Source: Minisyncoccota bacterium (lineage in GTDB: Bacteria > Patescibacteriota > Minisyncoccia > Phycocordibacterales > JAACPR01). From it: 39,755 nucleotides of DNA. The DNA is taken from the NCBI GenBank assembly GCA_032117135.1, contig JAULZV010000012.1:1-39755 (forward strand), in the 5' to 3' direction. The notes under the pieces were generated by a model. The model was not told where the DNA came from. It was given only the letters and a program-made list of their open reading frames with translations, and ran no database searches. A program made the translations under genes and the position numbers. Below are positions 17,854-27,576 of the stretch, piece by piece (the stretch's first letter is position 1; each line of letters starts with the position of its first letter).

Positions 17854-20040
17854 ATGGATAACAAATTTTTAAAACCCTACGAACCAAAAGAAGTCGAGTC
17901 TGATATCTATTCCAAATGGCGTGATGCAGGTTTTTTTAATCCTGATGTATGTATCACAAAAGGCGTCACTCGCATGGATGCCCCCACCTATTCGATTGTA
18001 CTCCCTCCACCTAATGTGACAGGTGTACTTCACCTTGGTCATGCAATGATGCTTGCGATCCAAGACACTATTGTGCGTTTCCAGCGTATGCGTGGCAAAC
18101 GAACTCTTTGGATCCCAGGGACCGATCACGCAGCTATTGCAACTCAAACCAAAGTTGAAAAACTTCTCCAAAAAGACGGAAAACGAAAACATGACCTCGG
18201 ACGAGAAGCTTTTTTGAAAGAAGTCGACGCATTCGCACAAGACAGTCATGACACTATTGCCAAACAAATCTCAGCAATGGGTGCCTCCGTCGACTGGTCA
18301 CGAGAAGCATTTACACTCGATGACACAAGAGAGAAGGCGGTACACACTGCTTTCAAAAAAATGTACGAGGATGGACTTATCTATCGCAAAGAAAAAGTAA
18401 TCAACTGGGACCCTAAAGGTCAGACTGTTATTTCGGATGATGAGATTGTACATGAGGCTCGCAAGGCAACACTGTATACCTTCAAGTATGCAGCAGATTT
18501 TCCTATTGCAATTTCGACCACACGACCCGAAACCAAATATGGTGACACTGCCGTTGCCGTTCATCCTGATGATACTCGATATGCTCAATTTGTTGGACAC
18601 ACATTTGAAGTTAATTTTGCAGGAGAACAGTTATCAATCCAAATTATTGCCGATCCAAGCGTCGATCCTGAGTTTGGTACAGGTGCACTTGGAGTGACAC
18701 CCGCACACTCCCAGACCGACTATGATATGGCACAGGCACATAATCTCCCCCTCAAACAAGTTATCAACGAATATGCCAAGATGACCACTTCAAGTGAATT
18801 AGTGAATGGACTCAAAGTCGAAGAAGCTCGAACTAAAACAGTCGAATGGCTTCGTTCGCAGGCTCTGATGATCGACGAGCAAGAGTCAGATCAAAATGTT
18901 TCAACTGCTGAGCGAACAGGAGCAATTATCGAACCACTTCCTAAACTTCAGTGGTTCGTGGATGTAAACAAAAAATTTACTCTGAAACACTCACATCTCG
19001 ATGGTATCACAGACGGTGCGCAGGTTTCACTCAAAGAACTAATGACTCATGTGGTAGAGTCAGGACAAATCAATATTTTGCCCGAACGTTTTGAAAAAAC
19101 ATATTTTCATTGGATTACCAATTTGCGCGACTGGTGTATCTCAAGACAAATCTGGTACGGACATCGGATTCCTGTATGGTATGGACCAGATGGTGCTTTA
19201 TCTGTTGGCCAAGACCCACACGATCAATCATTTGTACAAGACGACGACACGCTTGATACCTGGTTTTCTTCTGCACTATGGACATTTTCAACACTTGGAT
19301 GGCCAGATGCGACCGAGGATTTTGCACACTATCACCCTACTGACCTACTTGAGACTGGATACGACATTATTTTCTTTTGGGTTGCTCGCATGATTCTTAT
19401 GAGCACCTATCTCCTTGGAGACATCCCGTTCAAAACAATATACCTTCACGGAATTGTACGCGATGCTAAAGGCAAAAAAATGAGCAAATCCCTGGGCAAC
19501 GCCATTGATCCGCTTGATTTGATCGAAACATATGGAACCGATGCAGTTCGTATGTCACTTTTGGTAGGGATTGGTCCTGGAAGTGACACTAACTTTTCGG
19601 AAGATAAAGTGCGTGCATACAAAAAGTTCGCCAACAAAATTTGGAACGCAACACGATTTGTACTTGAACAAACCACTGACGCAGACTTTGCAACACCTGA
19701 CACACTCACACAACAAGACACACAATATCTCAATGATTTTAATTCACTCGTCCACGAAATTACAAAAGAAATTGAAGAGTACAAACTGTATCTCGTAAGT
19801 GAAAAGCTGTATCATTATGTATGGCACACGTTTGCCGATATTATTATCGAAGACTGCAAAAAAAGAATTGCGCAAGGAAACGAAGATGAAAAAAAATCAG
19901 CACGTCATACACTCCGGTATCTTTTGATCAATCAACTCAAAGTACTTCATCCATTCATGCCATTTATCACCGAAGAGATATGGCAAACAATCCATAAAGA
20001 TAATACAATGCTTATAGTGAGCGCTTGGCCACACGCATAA
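17854..20040 (+). CDS. valS: valyl-tRNA synthetase lacking the C-terminal coiled coil
   Basis: PPPNVTGVLHLGHA, GTDHAAIATQ, TTRPET, DWCISRQIWYGHRIP and KMSKS; start MDNKFLKPYEP preferred. Confidence 0.97.
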   Translation: MDNKFLKPYEPKEVESDIYSKWRDAGFFNPDVCITKGVTRMDAPTYSIVLPPPNVTGVLHLGHAMMLAIQDTIVRFQRMRGKRTLWIPGTDHAAIATQTKVEKLLQKDGKRKHDLGREAFLKEVDAFAQDSHDTIAKQISAMGASVDWSREAFTLDDTREKAVHTAFKKMYEDGLIYRKEKVINWDPKGQTVISDDEIVHEARKATLYTFKYAADFPIAISTTRPETKYGDTAVAVHPDDTRYAQFVGHTFEVNFAGEQLSIQIIADPSVDPEFGTGALGVTPAHSQTDYDMAQAHNLPLKQVINEYAKMTTSSELVNGLKVEEARTKTVEWLRSQALMIDEQESDQNVSTAERTGAIIEPLPKLQWFVDVNKKFTLKHSHLDGITDGAQVSLKELMTHVVESGQINILPERFEKTYFHWITNLRDWCISRQIWYGHRIPVWYGPDGALSVGQDPHDQSFVQDDDTLDTWFSSALWTFSTLGWPDATEDFAHYHPTDLLETGYDIIFFWVARMILMSTYLLGDIPFKTIYLHGIVRDAKGKKMSKSLGNAIDPLDLIETYGTDAVRMSLLVGIGPGSDTNFSEDKVRAYKKFANKIWNATRFVLEQTTDADFATPDTLTQQDTQYLNDFNSLVHEITKEIEEYKLYLVSEKLYHYVWHTFADIIIEDCKKRIAQGNEDEKKSARHTLRYLLINQLKVLHPFMPFITEEIWQTIHKDNTMLIVSAWPHA

Positions 20041-20042
20041 CA

Positions 20043-20780
20043 ATGGATATCTTTAACACTTTATTTTTCTCATTCCTCATCGGTATACTTCCTGCTGCTG
20101 GATGGCTTATTTTTTGGTTACAAGAAGACAATGCTCATCCCGAACCTCCTCGTGCAATTTTGAAAACATTTGCATATGGTGCACTTTCAGTACCCTTCGC
20201 ACTTGTAGCGCAGCTTACGTTCAATTTTATTTTTTCAATCGAAACAACTGCATCTCTCGAGTCTCTCCCTTTCTTCACCGCGTTTGCCATAATTTTGGTA
20301 TGGGCCTTTACCGAAGAATACGTCAAATATAAAGCCGCATGGAATGGTGGCCTGAGACACAATGTTACTGATGAGGCTGTTGATGTACCTATCTATATGA
20401 TTTCTGCAGCACTTGGATTTGCAGCGGTCGAAAATTCGCTGTATGTACTTGCCCCAATGTTTGCGCAAGACTGGAGTATTGTATACGAAACTACCAAAAT
20501 TCGGTTTATAGGAGCATCTCTTGTTCACGTTGCATCATCTGCATTGATTGGACTTTTTGTTGGATACTCTTTGTTTTTTATGAAATCAATCCGCCGAAGA
20601 TATCTTGGTGTCGGATTTATGCTTGCGACAGTATTGCATGCACTGTTTAATTTATTTATAATTAAACACAGTCAAAACTCATTTGCTGGTTTCCTGCTGA
20701 TCTGGTTGTTCGTTGTCCTGATAATAGTTTTGTTCGAGCGAATTAAAAAAATTAAAGTAAATACAATCGACAATGTTTAG
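20043..20780 (+). CDS. prsW: PrsW-family intramembrane protease
   Basis: D..HPEP, EEYVKY, ALGFAAVEN, R....SLVH and LHALFN motifs. Confidence 0.9.
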   Translation: MDIFNTLFFSFLIGILPAAGWLIFWLQEDNAHPEPPRAILKTFAYGALSVPFALVAQLTFNFIFSIETTASLESLPFFTAFAIILVWAFTEEYVKYKAAWNGGLRHNVTDEAVDVPIYMISAALGFAAVENSLYVLAPMFAQDWSIVYETTKIRFIGASLVHVASSALIGLFVGYSLFFMKSIRRRYLGVGFMLATVLHALFNLFIIKHSQNSFAGFLLIWLFVVLIIVLFERIKKIKVNTIDNV

Positions 20781-21342
20781 GAACAATAAAAAAAAGAAAA
20801 CACTCATTGAGCGTCTCACTGGAGCAATCCATCTTGATGAAGATGATGATTTTGATACAGAGGAAGAAGTTCCTGCCCACCGCAATTCCCAACACTATCA
20901 AGCTCACACCTACCCTCCTCATGCACAATATGGCATGACTCCTGAAGCACCACAAAGAGCTCAATCGTATGCTCAATCAGTACCACAATCATACCAAGAT
21001 GATGTCGAAGAAATTGGCGAGCTTTCGGTTGATGTTATTAATACAGCCGACAATATTGTAGTCAAAGCAATGATTGCAGGTGTCAAACCATCTGATGTCG
21101 ATGTTGATATTACTCGAGACTCGCTCACCCTCCGCGCCACACGCACTGACGAACACGAAATCGAAGATGAAAATTTTCATCAGCGAGAACTTTATTGGGG
21201 ATCATTTGCTCGAACAATTATTTTACCCGAAGAAGTTGATGTTGACCTTGCAGAAGCAAAAGAAAAACATGGTCTTCTTGTGATCACCCTTCCTAAGTTA
21301 GACAAAAATCGCAAGACTAAGTTGCAGATCAAATCGAATTAG
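20773..21342 (+). CDS. Hsp20/alpha-crystallin small heat shock protein
   Basis: VDVINT..IVVKAMIAGVK..DVDV...RELYWGSFARTIILPEEVD...HGLLVITLPK. Confidence 0.93.
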   Translation: MFRNNKKKKTLIERLTGAIHLDEDDDFDTEEEVPAHRNSQHYQAHTYPPHAQYGMTPEAPQRAQSYAQSVPQSYQDDVEEIGELSVDVINTADNIVVKAMIAGVKPSDVDVDITRDSLTLRATRTDEHEIEDENFHQRELYWGSFARTIILPEEVDVDLAEAKEKHGLLVITLPKLDKNRKTKLQIKSN

Positions 21343-21353
21343 TTGTCTTACTG

Positions 21354-21440
21354 CAAAAAAGCGGAATACATACCCGGAGGGCGACTCGCAGGCCTCTGGC
21401 CGAGGACGGGCGCCCAAAGGGTATGTATTCCGCTTTTTTG
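21354..21440. repeat. long hairpin between convergent hsp20 and tRNA-Phe
   Basis: Perfect 22-bp arms CAAAAAAGCGGAATACATACCC/GGGTATGTATTCCGCTTTTTTG around a GC-rich inner stem (GGGCG/CGCCC, CTCG/CGAG). Confidence 0.75.
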
Positions 21441-21471
21441 TTTTGCTATAAAACTTACTAAAAACTTACTT

Positions 21472-21547
21472 TGGTGTCAGGAGCCGGGTTCGAACCGGCG
21501 ACCCTTCGCTCTTCAGGCGAATGCTCTACCAACTGAGCTATCCTGAC
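21472..21547 (-). tRNA. tRNA-Phe (GAA)
   Basis: Reverse complement GTCAGGATAGCTCAGTTGGTAGAGCATTCGCCTGAAGAGCGAAGGGTCGCCGGTTCGAACCCGGCTCCTGACACCA. Confidence 0.97.
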
Positions 21548-21574
21548 ATAATTCCTCAACTACACTGAATATAT

Positions 21575-21874
21575 TTATTCGGTTGATGGTTTTTTGAAAT
21601 ACTCAAATAACGCATTATCCGAAAATGAACCTACTGAAGTATTAATGCCTTGTATGGATTGATATGCATCTTTGACTTGAGTCACAAAAGGCTCAACAAA
21701 TAGCCAAGCAGAATAAAATACTCCAATAAATACAAGCGTCTTAATAATACCGAACCAGAAATCAAGTGACATCTTTCTTTTGATGGCACGGAGCATCCTG
21801 TTGTTATCATCAAGCTTTCGCTCAAGTACATCAAGTCGATCTTCAATATCCATGTCAACGGGCATGTGGGTCAT
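21575..21874 (-). CDS. hypothetical coiled-coil plus TM protein
   Basis: ERKLDDNNRMLRAIKR followed by a hydrophobic segment; start codon uncertain. Confidence 0.7.
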   Translation of the reverse strand: MTHMPVDMDIEDRLDVLERKLDDNNRMLRAIKRKMSLDFWFGIIKTLVFIGVFYSAWLFVEPFVTQVKDAYQSIQGINTSVGSFSDNALFEYFKKPSTE

Positions 21875-21979
21875 TATAGTAGAAAAGGAGTAATATTTCA
21901 ACTCCTGACATAACATACATAAAAAGTAACTTTGAGAGAAATTTTAGACTCGACATACTTTCGTCACTTTCCTCACATG

Positions 21980-22051
21980 TGTCCCCGGCAGGAATCGAAC
22001 CTACAACTATCCCTTAGGACGGGACTGTTATATCCATTTAACTACGAGGAC
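21980..22051 (-). tRNA. tRNA-Arg (CCT)
   Basis: Reverse complement GTCCTCGTAGTTAAATGGATATAACAGTCCCGTCCTAAGGGATAGTTGTAGGTTCGATTCCTGCCGGGGACA; CCA not encoded. Confidence 0.92.
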
Positions 22052-22152
22052 AATGTTCTTTTATACCATATTTATAAACAAAAACACCACCTTGTAGGTG
22101 GTCTGATTGTTTTTTGAAACATATAGCAAGGTCGAAGTTGAGTATACGCAGC

Positions 22153-22416
22153 TTATGCAGCCATGTTTGTATCTTCTTCACCTGCACTTGCAAGAACCTC
22201 TTTGATTCGAGCTTCGTCAAAACCAACAATGATTTCTCCTTCGATATCAATAACAGGAACTCCCATTTGTCCTGATTTTTCTACCATCGTATTGCGTTGC
22301 GTCTCATCAACAGCAACATCATGTTCTACATATGTAATTCCTTGTGCGTCAAAAAATTCTTTTGCAGCCTTACAGTACGTACATGTAGGTGTTGAGTAAA
22401 TTTCTACTTTTTTCAT
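22153..22416 (-). CDS. glutaredoxin / NrdH-redoxin
   Basis: YSTPTCTYC, SGQMGVPVI and IIVGFD motifs. Confidence 0.93.
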   Translation of the reverse strand: MKKVEIYSTPTCTYCKAAKEFFDAQGITYVEHDVAVDETQRNTMVEKSGQMGVPVIDIEGEIIVGFDEARIKEVLASAGEEDTNMAA

Positions 22417-22474
22417 ATCAATTCTTGTTACTGATAATTACCATCTTATTTTAACACAAACACTCCCTTGATTC

Positions 22475-22849
22475 CTAGTTAAAAAAGTCTTTGAATGTAT
22501 TAAAAAACTTTTTGACACTTCCTTTTTCTTCAATAATGGGAGGCGGAAGTTTTTCTTCTTCTATAATAAATACAACATGCTCGTCAGGTTTCATTACATC
22601 GAATTTAGAACGAACTTGCATTTCCATTCCAGTTGGAGATGATGCGTGCGCTTTGGTTTTGACCAAATCTTCGTATTGCACTTCAAGTGTAGCAAGTTTT
22701 GCATGAGATGCTTCAAGACGTCTCGTACTTTCGGCATATTTGTGCCACCCTTCTGCCATATTCAATCCCACATAAGCAAGTCCAGCAAGTGCTACAAAAG
22801 AAATTGCACCGTATCCAAATCTATTTTGTTCTGGTTTTTTACGATACAT
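22475..22849 (-). CDS. septum formation initiator (FtsB/DivIC-like)
   Basis: TM, coiled coil, then EMQVRSKFDVMKPDEHV (cf. E..AR..LG..KPGE). Confidence 0.7.
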   Translation of the reverse strand: MYRKKPEQNRFGYGAISFVALAGLAYVGLNMAEGWHKYAESTRRLEASHAKLATLEVQYEDLVKTKAHASSPTGMEMQVRSKFDVMKPDEHVVFIIEEEKLPPPIIEEKGSVKKFFNTFKDFFN

Positions 22850-22892
22850 GATAGCTTGATTATCGCATATTTTTTGCTAAACTGGTATCACT

Positions 22893-23015
22893 ATGTCAAT
22901 TTTATTCCACAAGAAAAGCAAGAGATTCGTTCGTATCGTATTTATTATCCTCGCAGTCCTCGTATCAGGTAGTATGATTCTCGTTTCTGCCCCTGGGTTG
23001 TTTGGGATGTTTTAG
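22893..23015 (+). CDS. 40-aa single-pass membrane microprotein, not in the ORF track
   Basis: MSILFHKKSKRFVRIVFIILAVLVSGSMILVSAPGLFGMF*: basic N-terminus then a TM helix. Confidence 0.6.
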   Translation: MSILFHKKSKRFVRIVFIILAVLVSGSMILVSAPGLFGMF

Positions 23016-23138
23016 ATTTTAATCTTATTTTACAAAGAGTCAGAAATTGACACTTTTTAGTATCTATTGTAATGTATATTTGAAGTTGATCAGAAGAGCA
23101 CAGTGCTCTTCCCTTCCATAAAAAATAACAAGACAAGA

Positions 23139-23348
23139 ATGAAAACACTAGTTCTACCACAAGACGTTCGGGCACTTACAGCCACTCCGCACAATTCACT
23201 TTCTCATCTTGACCCCAAGATATTCAGAAAGGGGGAGGAAATTAGAGTTGAAGAAGTCGGAGAGAAGGCATACGACCACCGTGATCAAAAGGTCTTACAG
23301 GTTGTCGGAGAAAACCCTGAGCGTTTCATTATCGAGAGCGAGCTTTGA
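23139..23348 (+). CDS. hypothetical small protein
   Basis: ATG-initiated part (MKTLVLPQ...) of ORF 23103-23348, with TTGACA upstream. Confidence 0.45.
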   Translation: MKTLVLPQDVRALTATPHNSLSHLDPKIFRKGEEIRVEEVGEKAYDHRDQKVLQVVGENPERFIIESEL

Positions 23349-23536
23349 TTTGCTCACCACTTCTCTATCAAGGTCTGACCGCGTTCAACTTTTTCAAAGT
23401 TGCGCGGTTTTCTTTTATACAAAAATCGGCTTCGTCACCTCTTTCCTAATCCTCTTCCGCTCCAAAATTCTAAATTCACCTACAAAAGGACTAAGTATTG
23501 GACGGGGTGTTTTATTTTACACAGGCACAAACCTCT

Positions 23537-23986
23537 CTATACAGCCTCATCAAAACGAATAGAGTTGTGATCATCCTGAGGACGTTTTGGTTTTGAATTA
23601 TCAACTTTCCGACTTGGAACATCCCAATATTTTTCAAGTTGTTCTCTTCCCTTCATTTCTTCAATTTGAGAAACATTGTTTCGACTCACTGTATGGACTG
23701 GCTTAATTTCAGATGTAGTATGTTTTGTTTCCAAAGGAAATTGATCATACCTCCCTTCTTCAACATCAGACTCCCAATTAGATGGCTCATTATCAATGTC
23801 ATCCAAATCAATCACATTCTGTTTTATAAACTCATTATCTTCTCCTTTTTTTGTTAATTGTACATCAGCTAATATTTCATCAGGACTTTCTGCCGAAGAA
23901 TCTTTCATATCTTCAATAGGAACAAAAGAAACAGGATTGTTACCAAGATTATCTTCAGCACCTTCAGTCCTTTCAAAATGACTCAT
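23537..23986 (-). CDS. hypothetical acidic, probably disordered protein
   Basis: 149-aa D/E-rich ORF. Confidence 0.65.
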   Translation of the reverse strand: MSHFERTEGAEDNLGNNPVSFVPIEDMKDSSAESPDEILADVQLTKKGEDNEFIKQNVIDLDDIDNEPSNWESDVEEGRYDQFPLETKHTTSEIKPVHTVSRNNVSQIEEMKGREQLEKYWDVPSRKVDNSKPKRPQDDHNSIRFDEAV

Positions 23987-24059
23987 ATCGATTATATTAC
24001 TTTTACTAATAATAAAAGTATATCAAATTTAAGATAAAAAGGTTATCTTACACAAACAC

Positions 24060-25859
24060 CTAATCCGTATCCCCTCTCATCATCTTAAGGAAAATATCAT
24101 TAGTGATATTCACTTTACCCATTTTTTGCATACGCTTTTTACCCTTTTTTTGCTTTTCACGGAGCTTCATCTTTCGGGTAATGTCTCCACCGTACATGTG
24201 CGCAGTTACGTTCTTTTTGAGGGCGGAGAGAGTTTTGGAAGCAACAATGCGCCCGTCGATTTTGGCCTGGATCTTGGTGACAAACATCTGTCGCGGCAAA
24301 GCGCCATATAATTTTTCAACAGTCTTGTTACCTTCCTCTTCAACTCGCTCTTTGGAAATAATTCGTGTGAACGCAGGGTATGGTTCTTCAGCTACGAGAA
24401 TTTCCATTTTGGTTACATGTGCATCTTTGAGCTCACCTACTTCATACGAAAGTGAAGCATATCCTGAAGATGCGCTTTTGACTTCATCAAAAAAGTTTCT
24501 CATCAATTCTCGAAGAGGCATCGAGATCATAATTGATTGTCTGTCTCCTACCGTATGTGTCGCAGTCACACTCGCCTCATGATGAAACAAAAGTTGCATA
24601 AGCGCACTGACATATTCGCTTTTGACGATAATATTCACATCTACCCATGGCTCTTTGACCCATTCGATCTCACCGTAATCCGGGAACATAGTTGGAGAAT
24701 AAATAAACTTTTCAGGCTTACCTTTGGTTTTGACCAAATAGTTAATTGTTGGAAGTGTTACCACAAGATCAATATCAAATTCTCGTTGAAGTCGCTCCGT
24801 GATTATTTCGAGATGAAGCATACCCAAAAACCCACATCTAAATCCTCGCCCGAGCGAACCAGAAGATTCTTCTTCGAATGTATATGATGCATCAGAAAGT
24901 TTGAGTCGTTCAAGCGCTCCACGGAGCATATCGAAGTCATCCTGACTTTCAGGAAAAATACTTGCCCATACTACAGGTCGTGGCTCTTCGTATCCAGGAA
25001 GTTCTTCGAGTTGGTTATTGTCATACACAATCGTATCTCCGACTTTGGCAACACCAGGTCGCTTGATGCCCGTTACAATATATCCGATCTCTCCTGCTTG
25101 CAAACGATCCGCAGGAAGTTGCGCCGGAGTAAATATCCCTACTTCGTTTGTGATAAAAGTCTCTCCTGCAATTTTGAAACGCAACTTGGATCCAGCGGTC
25201 ACTTCTCCATCAAAAATACGGGTATACACAATTACCCCTTGATGATTAGAATATTGAAAATCAAACACCAGAGCTCGAAGATCTTTGGGAGAATCGAACT
25301 GCACAACAGGTGCAGGCACCCGCTCAATCACCGCTTGAAGTAGTCCATCTACCCCAAATCCAGTCTTGCCAGAAGTTTCGATTACATCATCCAGATCGCA
25401 ATTAAGAAGCTCACAGAGCTCCATTTTGACATCATCAACACGTGCATGAGGTGCATCTACCTTAGAAAGCACAGGAATGATAACAAGACCCATCTTTTGA
25501 GCCATTTCTAGAGTAGTCAAAGTCTGTGCTTGAACTCCTTGTGTTGCGTCTACCAGCAAGATCGAACCTTCGACGGCGTTGAGGGCGCGCGAAACCTCGT
25601 ACGAGAAGTCGATGTGTCCCGGCGTGTCAATGAGGTTGAGCGCGTATTCTTGACCCTTATGGACATATTTCATGCGTGCAGGAGTCATTTTGATTGTAAT
25701 CCCCTTTTCACGCTCTAATTCCATACTATCAAGCACCTGATCCTGCATTTTGCGCACCTCAATAGTACTCGTCAATTCGAGCATACGATCAGCAAGGGTT
25801 GATTTGCCGTGGTCTATATGAGCAATAATGCTAAAGTTTCGTATATTGTGTAGATTCAT
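24060..25859 (-). CDS. lepA: elongation factor 4 (LepA)
   Basis: IRNFSIIAHIDHGKSTLADR, DTPGH, GFRCGFLGMLH and YGGDITRKMKL.EKQKKGKKRM. Confidence 0.98.
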   Translation of the reverse strand: MNLHNIRNFSIIAHIDHGKSTLADRMLELTSTIEVRKMQDQVLDSMELEREKGITIKMTPARMKYVHKGQEYALNLIDTPGHIDFSYEVSRALNAVEGSILLVDATQGVQAQTLTTLEMAQKMGLVIIPVLSKVDAPHARVDDVKMELCELLNCDLDDVIETSGKTGFGVDGLLQAVIERVPAPVVQFDSPKDLRALVFDFQYSNHQGVIVYTRIFDGEVTAGSKLRFKIAGETFITNEVGIFTPAQLPADRLQAGEIGYIVTGIKRPGVAKVGDTIVYDNNQLEELPGYEEPRPVVWASIFPESQDDFDMLRGALERLKLSDASYTFEEESSGSLGRGFRCGFLGMLHLEIITERLQREFDIDLVVTLPTINYLVKTKGKPEKFIYSPTMFPDYGEIEWVKEPWVDVNIIVKSEYVSALMQLLFHHEASVTATHTVGDRQSIMISMPLRELMRNFFDEVKSASSGYASLSYEVGELKDAHVTKMEILVAEEPYPAFTRIISKERVEEEGNKTVEKLYGALPRQMFVTKIQAKIDGRIVASKTLSALKKNVTAHMYGGDITRKMKLREKQKKGKKRMQKMGKVNITNDIFLKMMRGDTD

Positions 25860-25893
25860 AGTAGTTCCTCCATCCTAATAGAAATCCTTAATT

Positions 25894-27564
25894 TTACAAC
25901 TCCTGTTCGACATCAGGCTGAAGTATTGGTCTTTTCTTTATTTTTTTCATAATCGTATCCAAAAATATTTTGACCTCCTTGTTACCTATCACAACAAGGA
26001 ATGCAAACCCACACGCAAGTCCAAGCATACCAGATAATGCTCCCTGGAGCGTGATCCCGAGCAGTGTTCCGAGGTCAAAAATTCCACTAAAGAAATCAAG
26101 TGATGTATATCCTACCAATCCAATGATAGCAGCGCCCATGAGACTTTGTGAAAAACTCATAAAGAAAGATCGTGAGAGCAGAATGCGTTTTCCTCCTATA
26201 CCAAGCAAGAGCAACAAAAATTGAATCCATTGACCACAAGTAAATGCAAATGGAAGTAATAGTACAAGACTTGATTCTACCCCATCCACTCTCAAAAATA
26301 CTTCGAAATAGTGATAAATATCAGACGAAACAACAGCGGGCATATACAATATAGGAATAAGTCCAAGTGTTACCAGTACTGCCACAAAAGAACAGATGAA
26401 TGGATACTGAGTTTTGCCCATGGCATAAAACGCACGAATCAATACAAGCGATGCGCTTTGTGCAATCAGAGAAAGCGTAAATAAGGCAAGTGCAGCCGCA
26501 ACAAGAATTGTTTCGTTCCAATCAAAATTACCTGCACCCAAAATAACTCGAACGATCTGTGCCCGCAAAACAATAAAACAAGCTACAACAGGAAGCGACC
26601 AAAAAAATACATGCCTCATTGCTCTGGACAGTAGTTCATAGAACTCTTTGGTTTTTTGATTTTGAAACAAACTTGCAAGGCTTGGGAATGCCGCTAACGA
26701 ATAACTTACTCCAATAATCGCCATTGGCACCGATTGTAAATTGTACGAGAGATTAAAGATTGAAATTGAACCTACTGCAAGTAACCCAGCAAAAAACGTC
26801 ATACAAATGAGAAGAATTTGAGTTGAAAGCATCGAGAATGTTCGAGGAATCGAATGTGTCAAAAGTTTTTTGATTTCACCAAAATTAATTTTTGAAAATG
26901 TCGGCACATACTCTCGACATATTGTAGGTAGCAGTACTCCCATATGAAGCAAAGCACCAAGTACTACTCCGTATGCCAAACCAATCAAACCATACAGTGG
27001 GTACAGGACTGTAATTCCAAAAATAATACCAACATTATAAATAACAGGGCTAATAGCATATACAAAAAACTTTTTGCGAGCTTGAGCAAAACTTCCAAAA
27101 AAACTAGAGAATGAAAGAAGGAGTGGTTGAAGCAAAAGTATTCGAGTCATCCATACAAGAGTTTGAGGGTCACGAGCGAATATCTCAGGCACAATCAAAT
27201 TGAGAAAATATGGCACCGTTACCCATGCAATAACAAAGAAGATCGCGGATATCCCTACTACAAAGGTAAAGATAGAGTTAAGGTATCTCTTCATTTCTTC
27301 AATGTTTTTTTGTTTTTCTACAATCAATGGAACAAGAACCGACACCGCCACAAAAGTCGAGAGTAGAACAAACATCACATCAGGCAGTCTAAAAGCGGAA
27401 TAATATAAATCGAGTTCTACTCCGGCTCCAAATGTAGATGCAAGAAGTCTATCACGAACGAGCGCGAATACTTGAGACAAAATAGAGAAGATCCCAAGCA
27501 AATACGCTGCTTGATGGAGGCCTTGAATTTCGGTCTGGAGCAGATTTCTGATATTTTTTACCAT
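25894..27564 (-). CDS. murJ: lipid II flippase MurJ (MviN)
   Basis: RDRLLASTFGAG..LD.YYSAFRLPD, P.IYNVGII, RAFYAMGKT..P; many TM segments. Confidence 0.93.
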   Translation of the reverse strand: MVKNIRNLLQTEIQGLHQAAYLLGIFSILSQVFALVRDRLLASTFGAGVELDLYYSAFRLPDVMFVLLSTFVAVSVLVPLIVEKQKNIEEMKRYLNSIFTFVVGISAIFFVIAWVTVPYFLNLIVPEIFARDPQTLVWMTRILLLQPLLLSFSSFFGSFAQARKKFFVYAISPVIYNVGIIFGITVLYPLYGLIGLAYGVVLGALLHMGVLLPTICREYVPTFSKINFGEIKKLLTHSIPRTFSMLSTQILLICMTFFAGLLAVGSISIFNLSYNLQSVPMAIIGVSYSLAAFPSLASLFQNQKTKEFYELLSRAMRHVFFWSLPVVACFIVLRAQIVRVILGAGNFDWNETILVAAALALFTLSLIAQSASLVLIRAFYAMGKTQYPFICSFVAVLVTLGLIPILYMPAVVSSDIYHYFEVFLRVDGVESSLVLLLPFAFTCGQWIQFLLLLLGIGGKRILLSRSFFMSFSQSLMGAAIIGLVGYTSLDFFSGIFDLGTLLGITLQGALSGMLGLACGFAFLVVIGNKEVKIFLDTIMKKIKKRPILQPDVEQEL

Positions 27565-27576
27565 GTATCACAGATA

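Noticed and set aside
21541-21913. TCCTGACATAA repeated at the tRNA-Phe 5' end and near 21903 as an att duplication
   Set aside because: Only 11 bp, at the tRNA 5' rather than 3' end, and no integrase nearby; likely chance.
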